In this document: positions 15,371 to 25,790 of the stretch, piece by piece
How the letters are laid out: each line of letters opens with the position of its first letter
How positions within the stretch are numbered: position 1 is the stretch's first letter
Program-made: the position numbers and the translations under genes
From: an uncultured Planctomycetaceae bacterium
GTDB lineage: Bacteria; Planctomycetota; Planctomycetia; Planctomycetales; Planctomycetaceae
Direction of reading: 5' to 3'
NCBI GenBank assembly: GCA_963813715.1
Contig: CAWFAK010000007.1
Span: forward strand, 64,001-128,000
DNA: 64,000 nt
Notes under the pieces: generated by a model
The model's database searches: none
What the model saw: the letters and a program-made list of their open reading frames with translations, nothing else
What the model was told of the DNA's origin: nothing

Positions 15371-15979
15371 TCAGCGGTAGTCGAGCCGGGTGATGGCGTG
15401 GGGCCCGGGAGTCGTGACGGGGTCCTTCCCGGCGACGTCCAGGTTGAAATGCCAGTCGTTGCGGCCGGGTGGCTGGAGGTCGACTTTGAACTGCGGGTCG
15501 TTGGCGTTTTTCTCCGGGTCGCTGTAGAGGTTTTTCAGTTCGTCCGGCTGCTCGAAGAGCGAACTTGTGCGGTGGCCGAAGATGCCTTTGGGGTGATGCA
15601 GCTGCACAAAGGTCACGACGTAGGAGCCGGCCTCGACGCCGTCGTGCACTCCGTAGGTGCTGAAGGAAAAATTCCCCTGGTCGTCGACGCCGCCCACGAG
15701 CTTGGGGCGCTGGGACGGATCCTGCGGATGCTGAGGATCGTTGAGAATGATGAAGAGCGTGGTGTTCGGTTTGTTGGGGGGCTGGCCGTCGACCGTCACC
15801 GTCCCCTCGAACTTCACAAGCTCGCACGCGCTGAGCCTTGGGATTGTCGCGAAAGGCCTGCTCGAGCGCCTTTCGGCGCTCGGAGGCCCGCAACCGCCTG
15901 CGGCCAATGCCACAGCAAACAAAATTTTCCACGAATGTTCGGCCGGCCCGCCGTGCCGGCAGCAAGCTGGCAAGCGCAT
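15371..15979 (-). CDS. Putative lipoprotein (carboxypeptidase-regulatory-like fold), typical DUF1559 companion
   Basis: LAAGGC lipobox-like motif, GTVTVDGQP, DDQGNFSFSTY..DGVEAGSYVV; lies downstream of the DUF1559 gene. Start uncertain. Confidence 0.75.
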   Translation of the reverse strand: MRLPACCRHGGPAEHSWKILFAVALAAGGCGPPSAERRSSRPFATIPRLSACELVKFEGTVTVDGQPPNKPNTTLFIILNDPQHPQDPSQRPKLVGGVDDQGNFSFSTYGVHDGVEAGSYVVTFVQLHHPKGIFGHRTSSLFEQPDELKNLYSDPEKNANDPQFKVDLQPPGRNDWHFNLDVAGKDPVTTPGPHAITRLDYR

Positions 15980-16119
15980 TAGATCAAACTCCTCCGCCTC
16001 GCGGCCCGATTTGATGATGAGATGGTTTCTTGAATGGCGCCTTGTTCGTGGTGAGAGTCGGGAATTGCAAAATCAAGTGCCGGGCGCGCGGCATCGCCCG
16101 GCCTTGGCGGACTGCGGCT

Positions 16120-17282
16120 CTAGAACGAGTCGGTCACCGCTTCGTGACCGCGAATGGTGACCAGCCGACAGAAGGTCGTCACGCTGATGTTTTCGCTGAT
16201 CATGTGCGCCGATCCATCACATAGCACGATGCCGCAACTGCCCGGATGGAAGCTATAGATGCCGCCGTCCGATTCGTTGACGCAGTTGACGATGCAGACC
16301 GGCTGCCCCTTGGGCACATAAAACGAGGTGCCGGAGAAATTCGAGCCGGTCATCCAGTGCTCGCCGTTGTCGAAGCACATCCAGCAGCCGCCGTAATTGG
16401 TTTTGCGGTCGGGCTTGGTGCCGCTGCCGTCGCAGAGCGCCAAATTGCACGGCACGACTTTCTTCAAGCCGCGCTGCCAGAGATCGGGACGCCCGGCCAG
16501 TTCGACGGAAAAGAGCGTGGTGCTGGTGCCGTCGGTGATGGAGCAGATGCTGTTGAAGTGATCCGACTCGACCGCGCCGTCGCGGCAGCCCAGCGGCAGG
16601 CAGTTGTTGTTGAAGTCGTACCAGTTGGCCAGCGACGAGCGATAGCCGCTCGAGGCCTGGTAGTCGCTGGCGCCGGCCAGCATGCTGGGAACGGGCAAGC
16701 CCGCACAGCGCAAACACTGGGCGAACGACGACGTTTCGATGAAGGGATTGATGTTCCGCGGGGCCGACGGGCAGATCCAGAAGGGAATCACCTGCGCCGC
16801 CGGACGCAGCGCCGCGCAGGGATCGGCAGGAACCAGCGGCTGGCCCAGTCCGCACGGACACCCAGAGTTGTGCGCCGTGTAAACCTCCAGGCCGATGGGG
16901 CTCAAGTTCACGGGCGACGAGGCGGCCGCATTCATGCAAATCTGGTTGTAGACCGTCATCGCCTCGGCATAGGGCAACAGCCGCTCACCCCACGAGTGCG
17001 TGTTGAGGGAGTCGTGGCATGTCTCGCATTTCGGGCACAAACCCAGCAGGCCGCCGAGCACGGGTCCGGGCAGATAAATGTAGGCGGGCGGGAAGAGGTT
17101 GTTCACGTCGTGATAGTTGTGGGCGGCCAGTCCAATCTGCTTCATGTTGTTTCGACATTGCGTCCGCCTTGCCGCCTCGCGCGCCGCTTGGACCGCGGGC
17201 AGTAAGAGCGCGATCAGCGTCGCAATGATGGCGATGACCACCAAGAGTTCGATCAGCGTGAAACCTCTGCGCTGCGCGACAT
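16120..17282 (-). CDS. DUF1559 prepilin-type protein with C-terminal H-X9-DG motif, Cys-rich
   Basis: [62 protein letters not shown]. The ATG at 17282 follows a GGAAAGGA RBS but is out of frame by an apparent indel. Confidence 0.92.
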
Positions 17283-17558
17283 ACCTGATCCTTTCCGCTT
17301 AACGGGTGGAGGGGTAGAGAGGGGCCGCGAGAAGGCGCGAACCCAATAGGCCAGGTAAAGAAAGGGAGACCAACCATAGGAACCCACGCTGGAAACGAGG
17401 ATCCTCAGCTGATATGGCCCGCAGCGAGTTTTGGCCCGCAGACTAGAGCCTCATTGTACGCACGCGGAATCGGTGCGTTCAACAATTTTTTGGCACCTGC
17501 GCAGATCTTAGTGCGGAGTTGATCTGCCGCCGCTGGTCGCGCTGCGACCGCGATGGAT

Positions 17559-18669
17559 TTAGAACAGCCGACCCTGATCGTCGTTCGGCTTTGGCAGCGT
17601 CAGCTGCAAGTGGGCCAGCGCGTTGGCAGTGATCATCCGCCCACGCGGCGTTCGCAGGAGGAAACCGAGCCTTAGGAGGAACGGCTCGATCTCGTCCTCG
17701 AGTGTATCGGTGGGGATGTTCAGGCTGTGCCCGAGTGCCTGCACGCCGGCCGGGCCGCCGCCGAAAACGCGGACCAGCGTGCTCAGATAGCGGCGGTCCT
17801 GCGCCTCGAGGCCCAGGTCGTCGATCTCCTGCAACTGGAAGGCGTTGCGGGCCGCGTCGGTGGTGATGCGGCCGTCGGCCCGGCTTTGGGCGTAGTCGCG
17901 GGCCCAGCGGAGCAGGTTGTTCGCCTTCCGCGGCGTTCCCCGGCTGCGCTTGGCGATCTCTCCGACTGCCTCTTCGGAGATCTCGGTGCGGAGCTTTCGC
18001 GCACTGCGGCGGACAATCTCAGCAATTTCATCGACGTCGTAGAAATCGAGGTGCTCGCGATTGACGAACCGGTCGCGCAACGGCCCCGTCAACAGGCCGC
18101 TGCGAGTCGTCGCGCCGATCAGCGTGAAACGCTGCAGCTTGATATTCACCGTGCGGGCATTCAACCCGTCGCCCAGCGTGATATCGACTCGGAAGTCCTC
18201 CATGGCCGGGTAGATATATTCTTCGACGGCTGCAGGAAGACGGTGGATTTCGTCGATGAAGAGCACGGAGCCGTGGGTGGCGTTCGTGAGATAGGGGAGC
18301 AAATCCTTGGGGGCGGAGAGCGACGGGCCGGAGGTGATTTGCAGATCGGTTCCCAGCTCGCGCGGAATGACGGTCGCCAGAGTGGTTTTGCCCAGACCGG
18401 GCGGACCATCGAGCAGCAGGTGGCCGAGCGGCTCGTTCCGCATCTTGGCGGCATCGAGCGTGATCTTGAGCCGCGTGATGACTTTTTGCTGGCCGACGAC
18501 GTCGGTCAGAAGTTTGGGCCGCAGCTCGTCATCGTAGCGCGCGTCTTCGAGGATTCTGCGGTTGCGCCACGCCGGCCGTGCCGTCGATGCCCGAACGGGG
18601 GGCGACAGGGACCTCGCCCTTCGACTCGGACTCCTTTCGCTTGCCGCGAAAAACGGGTTCACGCGCCAT
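17559..18669 (-). CDS. ruvB: Holliday junction branch migration helicase RuvB
   Basis: [57 protein letters not shown]-term MAREPVF lies in another frame. Confidence 0.96.
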
Positions 18670-18753
18670 CGTGGCCCCATTGTAGGGCAGGCCGTGCCTG
18701 CCGTCATTTGTAGCGGCCTGCTGACCGCTTAGTCGGGCATCGAATCGCCTGCT

Positions 18754-18841
18754 GGGTGGCACTGGCGGCTTGTCCGCCAGTGGTCTTTTTCCACAGTGCG
18801 AGCGATTGAAGACACTGGCGGGCCAGCCGCCAGTGCCACCC
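18754..18841. repeat. REP/MITE-like palindrome family A, copy 1
   Basis: gggtggcactggcggcttgtccgccagtg ... cactggcgggccagccgccagtgccaccc. Confidence 0.85.
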
Positions 18842-18860
18842 GAACCGCGTAGCCGCGCCC

Positions 18861-19871
18861 TCAATTCATCACAACGACAGCGTCGGTCATCATGTCGTGC
18901 AGGGCCTGCCGGCGGGGCGTCATGAGAGGCATGACAAACCCCATGCCGCAGATCGCCAGCGACGCGAGCTTGGCCAGCGTGCGAATGGCGGCTCGGGCGA
19001 ACGTCAGGCGGCGGCCGTCGGCTCCGCAGACGAACATCCGCATGGCCCGCTTGCCGATCGTGGCTTGCTCGCGCGAACTCTCCAGAGCCGCACTGTAGAA
19101 GAACCAGATGAAGAAGAACGCCTGCCACGACTCGCCGCGAAGCACGACCCCCACCACGGCCGAGGCGAGCGACACGATCACCAGGTCGATCGCCGCCGCA
19201 AGCGACCGCCGGAAAAATCCCGCAAACTCGAGCGGGTAGGCGGCCGGGCTGAGCGGCACGCCGCACGCCACGCAATACGCCGCACCCTGGGCCGCCGGCT
19301 GACCACACCGCGGACACGCGTGCAGACCCGAGGGACCGAAAGTCGGCGCCCCTGGGCCGCGCGACACCGCCGCTCCCCGTATGAAAGCCGAGCCGATCAC
19401 CGCCGCGGGGGACATCGGCATAAAGCCGCCAGAACCCGCGGCATCATGTGGGTTAGCCGAGACATGTGAGTCCGGTGCAGTCGGCGAGACGGCTGCGGGC
19501 GGTGCGCTCGGCGACGCGGGCCCGTCGACCGGCGGCGCTGGGGGCACGCTTGGCGGAAGAGGAAAACCACCCGGACCGGCCGTGTAACCGCTGTAGGGCG
19601 AGGCGCTCGGTGCCGGCGTGCCGACCGGCGCAATGCGGTCATACGGCGACGCGGGCGCGCTTGGACCGGGAGTCGGCGCGTTCGACCAGGCGACCGTCCC
19701 CGCCAGCTCGGCCGAGCGGTGGGCCGGGCCGGACGAAACGGAGACGGGCTCGCTCGTGGCGGGGACTGTGATCAGGTCGCTGCAGGAGGGGCACTTCGCC
19801 AACGCCAGCACGCGCGACTCGGTGGTCGTCAGCAGTTTGCCGCAGCGCGGACAATTAAACTCGATCGCCAC
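18861..19871 (-). CDS. RDD family membrane protein with N-terminal zinc ribbon and Pro-rich linker
   Basis: IEFNCPRCG..CPSC; second CPRC..CVAC; FAGFFRRSLAAAID, QATIGKRAM, RRQALHD. Confidence 0.88.
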   Translation of the reverse strand: MAIEFNCPRCGKLLTTTESRVLALAKCPSCSDLITVPATSEPVSVSSGPAHRSAELAGTVAWSNAPTPGPSAPASPYDRIAPVGTPAPSASPYSGYTAGPGGFPLPPSVPPAPPVDGPASPSAPPAAVSPTAPDSHVSANPHDAAGSGGFMPMSPAAVIGSAFIRGAAVSRGPGAPTFGPSGLHACPRCGQPAAQGAAYCVACGVPLSPAAYPLEFAGFFRRSLAAAIDLVIVSLASAVVGVVLRGESWQAFFFIWFFYSAALESSREQATIGKRAMRMFVCGADGRRLTFARAAIRTLAKLASLAICGMGFVMPLMTPRRQALHDMMTDAVVVMN

Positions 19872-19873
19872 AC

Positions 19874-20626
19874 TCAGGTTCCGCTCATCGCCTCGGCCAT
19901 GATCTCGTCGGGGATATTGTAATTGGCCGTCACGCTTTGGACATCGTCCTGGTCTTCGAGCGCTTCGATCAACTTCAACATCCGCCGGCTGTTGTCCGCG
20001 TCGAGATCGACGGTGCTGGCGGGAACCCGCTGGAGTTCCCCGACCTCGACCGGGATTTTGGCCGCCTCGAGAGCGTCGGCAACTTTGTGAAACGATTCGG
20101 GCGCACAGAGCACTTCGTACGACTCGCCCGAGAGCTTGACGTCGTCGGCCCCCGCGTCGATCGCCGCGCTATACAGGGTATTCTCGTCGACGTGCTTGGC
20201 GGGGACCAGAAAGACCCCCTTGCGCTCGAACATCCAGGCCACGCAGCCGACGCTCCCCAGCCGGCCGCCGCGGACCTCGAAGATCTTGCGGATCTCGCCT
20301 GCCGTGCGGTTGCGGTTTTCCGTGAGGATGTCGCAGAGGACGGCCACGCCGCCGGGGCCGTAACCCTCGTAGACGACTTCGCTATACGACTCGTCGGTGC
20401 CGCCGCAGCCCTTCTTGATCGCCCGCTCGATGTTGTCCTTGGGCATGCTGGCTTTGCGGGCCTTGTCGATGGCGTACCGCAGGGCCAGATTCGACGCCGG
20501 GTCGGCGCCGCCGTGCTGCGCCGCCACGATCAGCGCGCGGCTCAGCTTGCCGAAGAGTTTGCCCTTCAGCTTGTCCGCGCGCCCCTTCTTGATCGCGATG
20601 TTTGCCCAATGGGAATGGCCGGCCAT
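19874..20626 (-). CDS. yebC: YebC/PmpR family protein
   Basis: MAGHSHWANI, MPKDNIERAIKKG, YEGYGPGG, LEDQDDVQSV. Confidence 0.95.
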   Translation of the reverse strand: MAGHSHWANIAIKKGRADKLKGKLFGKLSRALIVAAQHGGADPASNLALRYAIDKARKASMPKDNIERAIKKGCGGTDESYSEVVYEGYGPGGVAVLCDILTENRNRTAGEIRKIFEVRGGRLGSVGCVAWMFERKGVFLVPAKHVDENTLYSAAIDAGADDVKLSGESYEVLCAPESFHKVADALEAAKIPVEVGELQRVPASTVDLDADNSRRMLKLIEALEDQDDVQSVTANYNIPDEIMAEAMSGT

Positions 20627-20781
20627 AGCTCTCTCACGTCAGCCCGCAGCCCCGCTTGCACGGAGCGTGTGACAAGGTCGCTGAAAGCGACCACAGGCAC
20701 ACCATCTTTTCCCTGTTCCGGTCCGCAGGACCATCGAATCGGAATGGGGTGCCTTCGACCGCAATGCGGCCTCGTCACACC

Positions 20782-23060
20782 TTACTTCGCCGAGTGCTGT
20801 CCGAGTTTTTCCTCCAGACGCTGGATCAGTTTTGCGTCGGGATACGGGTCGTCCTTGGCGTCTTTGATCGCCTTCTGCCAGGCGTCCTTCGCCTTGTCCG
20901 GTTTGTTCATCTTGGCATAGCAGTCGCCCAAGTGTTCGGAGATTGTCGCGTCCGCGCCACCCGGGGCGGCGGCCGCCTTTTCGAGGAAGGTTTTCGCCTC
21001 TTCCACGCGACCCAGCTTCAAGAGCACCCAACCCATGCTGTCGAGATAGGCGACGTTGTCCGGATCCGACTTGAGCGCGATCTTGATCATCCCTTCGGCA
21101 CGCTCCAGGTTCTTGCCCTGGTCGGCGTAGAGATAACCCAGGTCGTTGTTGACCGACGGCTCCTTCGGATCCTCGACCAGCACCTCCTCCAGGATCTTCT
21201 GGCCGGTCGGCACGTCGCCCTTGAGCACGTAGCAGTTCGACAGAGCGAACTGGCAGCGGCGGACGAACTCCTTGCTCTTCGTGTACCGCTTGATCAGGTC
21301 GCCGTAGCGTCGGATCGCTTCCGGCCACTGGTGGCTGTGCGAGTAGACCCAGGCTTCCCAGTACAAAAGCTCTTCGTCGTTATCGAGCTTCTGGGCTTCG
21401 CGAATCGAAGCGAGCGAGTCCTGCGTTTTGCCGGCCAGCTCCTGCGCCCGCGAGAGCAAAGCCAACAGCTCGACGCGCACCAAATCGCCTTCGTTGCCGC
21501 TGGGGAACAAGGGCTCGGCGAGCACCTTTTTCAGGATCTCTGCGGCCTGGCTGTAGCGCTTCATCAGCACGAGATGCTTGGCGATCTCGTCGGCCAATCG
21601 GGGCGCCGCCTCGCGACGGTCCTGCATGGCCATGTTGTAGAACTCGATGGCCGCGTCGGTCCGTTGCGTCTTGGCCGCCAGCCGGCCGACGAGATAAGCC
21701 GTGAAGAAGTCGATCTTGGCCTTTTCGGACGCCTTCATCTTGCGGGCCGCCGCGATCAGGCTGTCCACCAGCGGGGCGTCCGTCTGCATTTCGGAGAGCA
21801 AAACGTCGAGCCGGTCGAGGCCCCGCTGACCCTGGAAACCCTTGGCGAGCACGTCGAGCAGCTGCTCGGGCTTGTGCTGCTTGCGATAAGAGCAGCCAGG
21901 CCGACAAAACCTTCCGGATTGCCCGTGTCCTTGAGGACGTCGTTGATCAGCTTTTCGGCGTCTTTCAACCGGCCGGCCTCGATGTACTGGTCGGCCAAAA
22001 AGTATTGCAGCGTGCTGTTGCGGCTGTCGTTCTTGGCCAGCTCTTCAACGCGGTGCAAGAACTCCGAATCTTTGCCCGTGGCCTTCAAGATGGCGTGCAA
22101 CAGCTCGTAGGGATGCCGACCCTTTCCCTGCAATTGCGCGTCGAGATAGGTCTGCAAATGGGTGAGGGCCGCGTCGTACTTCTTGGCTTTGAAGTAGGCC
22201 TGGGCCAGATTGAAGCTGATCGCGCCGGGCTTGCCGTTTCGCGACTGAATGGCTTCCTCGAACGCCTGGATGGCTTGCTGCGTGCGGCCGGCCACCAGGA
22301 AGATTTCGCCCATCGCCTCGAACCGGGCCAGTCCCTCGCGCTCGAGCATCGAGCGGGTCTGGAAGTCGAGATTGTATTTGCCTGGGTTGCGGCGGGCGTC
22401 GAACACGACCGTGTAGGCGTCGGCCGCCTTGTCGATCTTCCGCATCTCCATCTCGAGGGTGGCCAGCTGCAGGTGCAAGATCACGTAGCTCGCCGAGTCG
22501 TGTTTCAGCTGCGTCGACTTGATCGCCCGTTCGAGGTAGTCGGCCGCCTTCTCGAGCTTTTGCGCCTCGCGGAGCTGGGTGGCCAGGATCTTCAGGATCT
22601 CGAGGTTCTGCGGATCGAGCTCGATCGCCTTCTGGGCGTAATCGAGCCCCTTTTCGGTCTCGTTGAGAGCAAACGCCAGCGGCACCAGCTCGCGATAGAC
22701 GTCGACCGCCTTCGGGTCGATCTTGATCGCCGCCTGGTAGTCGGCCAAAGCGTCGGTGAAGCGGCTCTGGTCGGCCTTGAGCTTGCCCGACATGAAGAGC
22801 GCAAGCGCCTCGGCGTGCTTCTTTTGCTCGGGCGTTTCGTCTTTCTTGGGCTTCAGCTCGGCAAGGGGATTGCCGAACTCGTCTTTGATGATCGGTTTGC
22901 CCGCGGGCTTTTTGGCCTTGGGCGGCGCCGTCTGCGGCGCCTTGGGGGCGTCCGGTTCCTGGGCCGACAGCCGAACGGGAACAGCCAGCAACCCGGCCGA
23001 CACACCGCTCAAGAGGACACCGAACACACCGACTTTTGCCAGGCGATAGTAGTTGGCCAT
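20782..23060 (-). CDS. Exported tetratricopeptide-repeat protein (frameshift near 21880)
   Basis: Signal peptide MANYYRLAKVG..; TPRs ending NNDLGYLYAD, YLDSMGWV, EHLGDCY. Confidence 0.85.
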
Positions 23061-23108
23061 TCTCCCGTCCTTAGTGGAGGTCTGTCGCCCGAGAGGGGCG
23101 GCTAAAGG

Positions 23109-23186
23109 GTGGCACATTTTTAGATGGCACACGGTTTTAGGTGGCACGCTGTATTAGATGACAGACTGTATTAGATGCCAGACTGT
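23109..23186. repeat. Degenerate tandem repeat, about 17 bp unit, about 4.7 copies
   Basis: gtggcacatttttag / atggcacacggttttag / gtggcacgctgtattag / atgacagactgtattag / atgccagactgt. Confidence 0.8.
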
Positions 23187-23406
23187 GCGCGTGAAAACTT
23201 CCCGGGGCGGCGCTGTCCGCAGACGCATGTCGTTACGTCGCGGCTGGTTCACCGGGCACGATCGCGATCCAACCGGCCAAAGCGCAGAGCTGTCTGGGCC
23301 GCAAGCTCCATCCCGCAGTCGAGGCCCCCCGGGGCCAGCTTCATTTTAGTCGCCAACCGCCGAGGCACCAAGGCGGGTTTGGGGTTACTACGTTTTCGGC
23401 GCCGGG

Positions 23407-23426
23407 GGGTGGCACTGGCGGCTCGT
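23407..23426. repeat. Family A half copy
   Basis: gggtggcactggcggctcgt, identical to the left arm of the copy at 23759. Confidence 0.75.
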
Positions 23427-23435
23427 TGATGGCTC

Positions 23436-23700
23436 TCAAAACCAGTACTGATGCATCCGGCTCAGCAGGTCTTCCGTGAGGGGATAGCCACACGCGTCCC
23501 CCAAGACCGAATCGATCCCACATTTCGGGCAAAGGGCGGTTTGGCCACGCTTTATCATTCACCCACTCGACCACCGCCGACGGCGCAAACATCTCGCCGC
23601 AATAGAAACAGCCACACTGAGCGCCGACCATCAGCTCGTCGCGGTTCTGAAACGAGTGCTTATGAGCGGCGATGTGGTCCGCGGGTTCCGCGTCACTCAT
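23436..23700 (-). CDS. Small Cys-rich (zinc-finger-like) hypothetical protein (frameshifted)
   Basis: AHKHSFQNR..CGCFYC..W; after a frame switch TALCPKCGIDSVLG...MHQYWF*. Confidence 0.75.
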
Positions 23701-23758
23701 GCCACGATTGTAGCGCGCTCTGCGCTAAAGCGTCGTTGCCGCAGGATTGCTCTCAGTG

Positions 23759-23837
23759 GGGTGGCACTGGCGGCTCGTCCGCCAGTGGTTTTTCTTAGTG
23801 CGTCAAGACACTGGCGGACAAGCCGCCAGTGCCACCC
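23759..23837. repeat. REP/MITE-like palindrome family A, copy 2
   Basis: gggtggcactggcggctcgtccgccagtg ... cactggcggacaagccgccagtgccaccc. Confidence 0.85.
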
Positions 23838-23879
23838 GTCGAAGTCCAGTGCCACCCGCGAACCGGTGATTGAACGCGG

Positions 23880-24729
23880 CTACCGCTTCTTGCGCCGCCG
23901 GCACGCGGTGGCCGTCGCGGGGTCGGGGTTTGGCGGCCGCGGCGTGGCCGTGGCCGTCGGTGCCGCGGGGCTGGGGACGGGCGGGTGGTTTCTTGCCCGC
24001 TTTGCGGGCGGCCGAGTCCGCCTCCTTGAAGAGGTCGGCCAGTCGCTCGATCATCGTCTGCGGGTCGCCCGGCGGGTGGGCCTTCGACGGCTCGAAGTAT
24101 TTCACCAGCCGCGGATCGACGGCCAGGCAGCGGAGGTAGTGGACGAAGACGGCCACGTCGACCTTGCGGGCCGCCGACTTGAGCGATTCGGCCGCATGCT
24201 CGGGCGACTCGCCCGCCGGCACAAAACCGAGCCAGATGGCGGCGTTGGTCATCAGCCGATCGACGGGCACGACGTGCGTCTCGAGCGCCGTCTGCAGGGC
24301 GAAATTGCGGACGAACGGCGACAGGTCGCGAATCTTAAAGAGCTGCTTGGTCGCCAGCTCCAGCGTCTTGCGGCGAAGCCCCTCCAGGGCGAACTCGAAA
24401 TGCTTTTCGAACACGTACTGCAGGACGTTGCGGACGCGGTGCGCCCGCCAGTCGGCGTCGGGCATGCCGTTAAAGACGTGGTGCACGAGCTCGGTGATCG
24501 AGCTGACACGCAGCTCGTTGAGGTCGTGAAAGGCGCTCCAGAGCCGTTCGTATGCCCCATCCGCCTGCCCCGTCGACGTGTCTTCGAGGCAGACGGCGTA
24601 GAGCAGAGTTTCCAGCACGGGCCGGTCGTACTTGGGGACCGGCTCGTGATACCGCTTCTTCAAGACCGACACGAGCTTCTTGCCCAGCGTCAGCTTGTCG
24701 ACCGATTTGGCTTTGTGCGTGCTCGTCAT
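23880..24729 (-). CDS. Hypothetical protein, distantly HhH-GPD/endonuclease III-like
   Basis: [41 protein letters not shown]; basic tail likely ends RRRKKR* after an indel. Confidence 0.7.
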
Positions 24730-24794
24730 ATTCAGTTTCGTTCTCCGGTGGCCGCGATCTGACGGCCAGTCACCTCGGAACAGGTGGGAACAGG

Positions 24795-25398
24795 CTACGG
24801 CTGGGGGTTGGCTTTTGTGCGATCCTGGTGTTCGTCGGTCGAGTGAAGCTCTTCGGTCTGGTGGATGTCGCCAGGGGATGCGGCTTCGGACGAGGAGTCG
24901 CCGCTGGCAGCGGCATCCAACGGCGGCATCCTCATCTTCCGGCAGGTCGGACTCCTCTTCGTCGTCCGCCTCCTTGTCGAGCGAATCCTCGTCCGTCAGC
25001 GAATCGTCGTCTGTCAGCAAGTCGTCATCATCGGTCTCAGCATCGGTCTCAGCCGGAGGCGGGAGCACCTCGCGGAGCAGGCGCGAGGCCTCGATGCTTT
25101 TCTTCACTCCCTGGTCGAGCTCGAAATGCAAGATCGGGGTATAGCGGATTTGCACGCGTTCCGCGAGTTTTGCCTGCAGGAATCCGCGGGCCGATTGCAA
25201 ACCGTGCAGCGAGAGCCGCTGCATCTTCTCATCGCCCATCACCGAGACGTAGACCTTGGCGCTGCGGAGGTCGGGACTGACCTCGACGCGGGTCACGGTT
25301 ACGTTCTTGACGCGCGGATCCTTCAGGCCGAACAGGATCGTCGTGGCGACCTGCTCGCGAACGGCTTCGGCGACTTTCGCGGTGCGACGCGACCCCAT
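24795..25398 (-). CDS. rbfA: Ribosome-binding factor A with long acidic tail
   Basis: [53 protein letters not shown]; 3' end inferred across an indel. Confidence 0.92.
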
Positions 25399-25790
25399 CG
25401 AAAATTCCTTGGACTGCCCGGCTCGGCGTATGCGCGTGTGGCCCGATTCGGTGCGGGCAAATTCGGTGCGACTCGGTTCGGTGCGGTGCGGGTCGGTTCG
25501 GTCAGGCTCGGTTGGGTTAAGGCGGGCGGCCGCGGCCCCGGCAAACGCTCGCCCGCGGCCGATGGCGAAGGCGGAATCGACGGCGGGCGGGCAAACGGAC
25601 GAGACGGCGCGACCCGCGAACGACGACTGACTCGGCGCACGATCGGTTAACCGGCTGGAGTGCGTCATTCCGTCCTACGTCCTGCTCCACCACCACCCCG
25701 GGCTCCCTGCCCGGTTACCATCACCCCGGGCCCCGCGCCCAGGCAACCGACACGAAGGCGACCTTCCTGGGCGCCCCGCCAGGCGAAGGC

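Noticed and set aside
23109..23186. CRISPR array
   Set aside because: Contiguous degenerate 17-mers with no spacers and no cas genes.
23803..25668. Apparent 621 aa RbfA fusion to an HhH-like protein
   Set aside because: The linker is non-protein-like; another frame gives RbfA a natural stop at 24795 and the second gene has its own ATG at 24729. An indel explains it.
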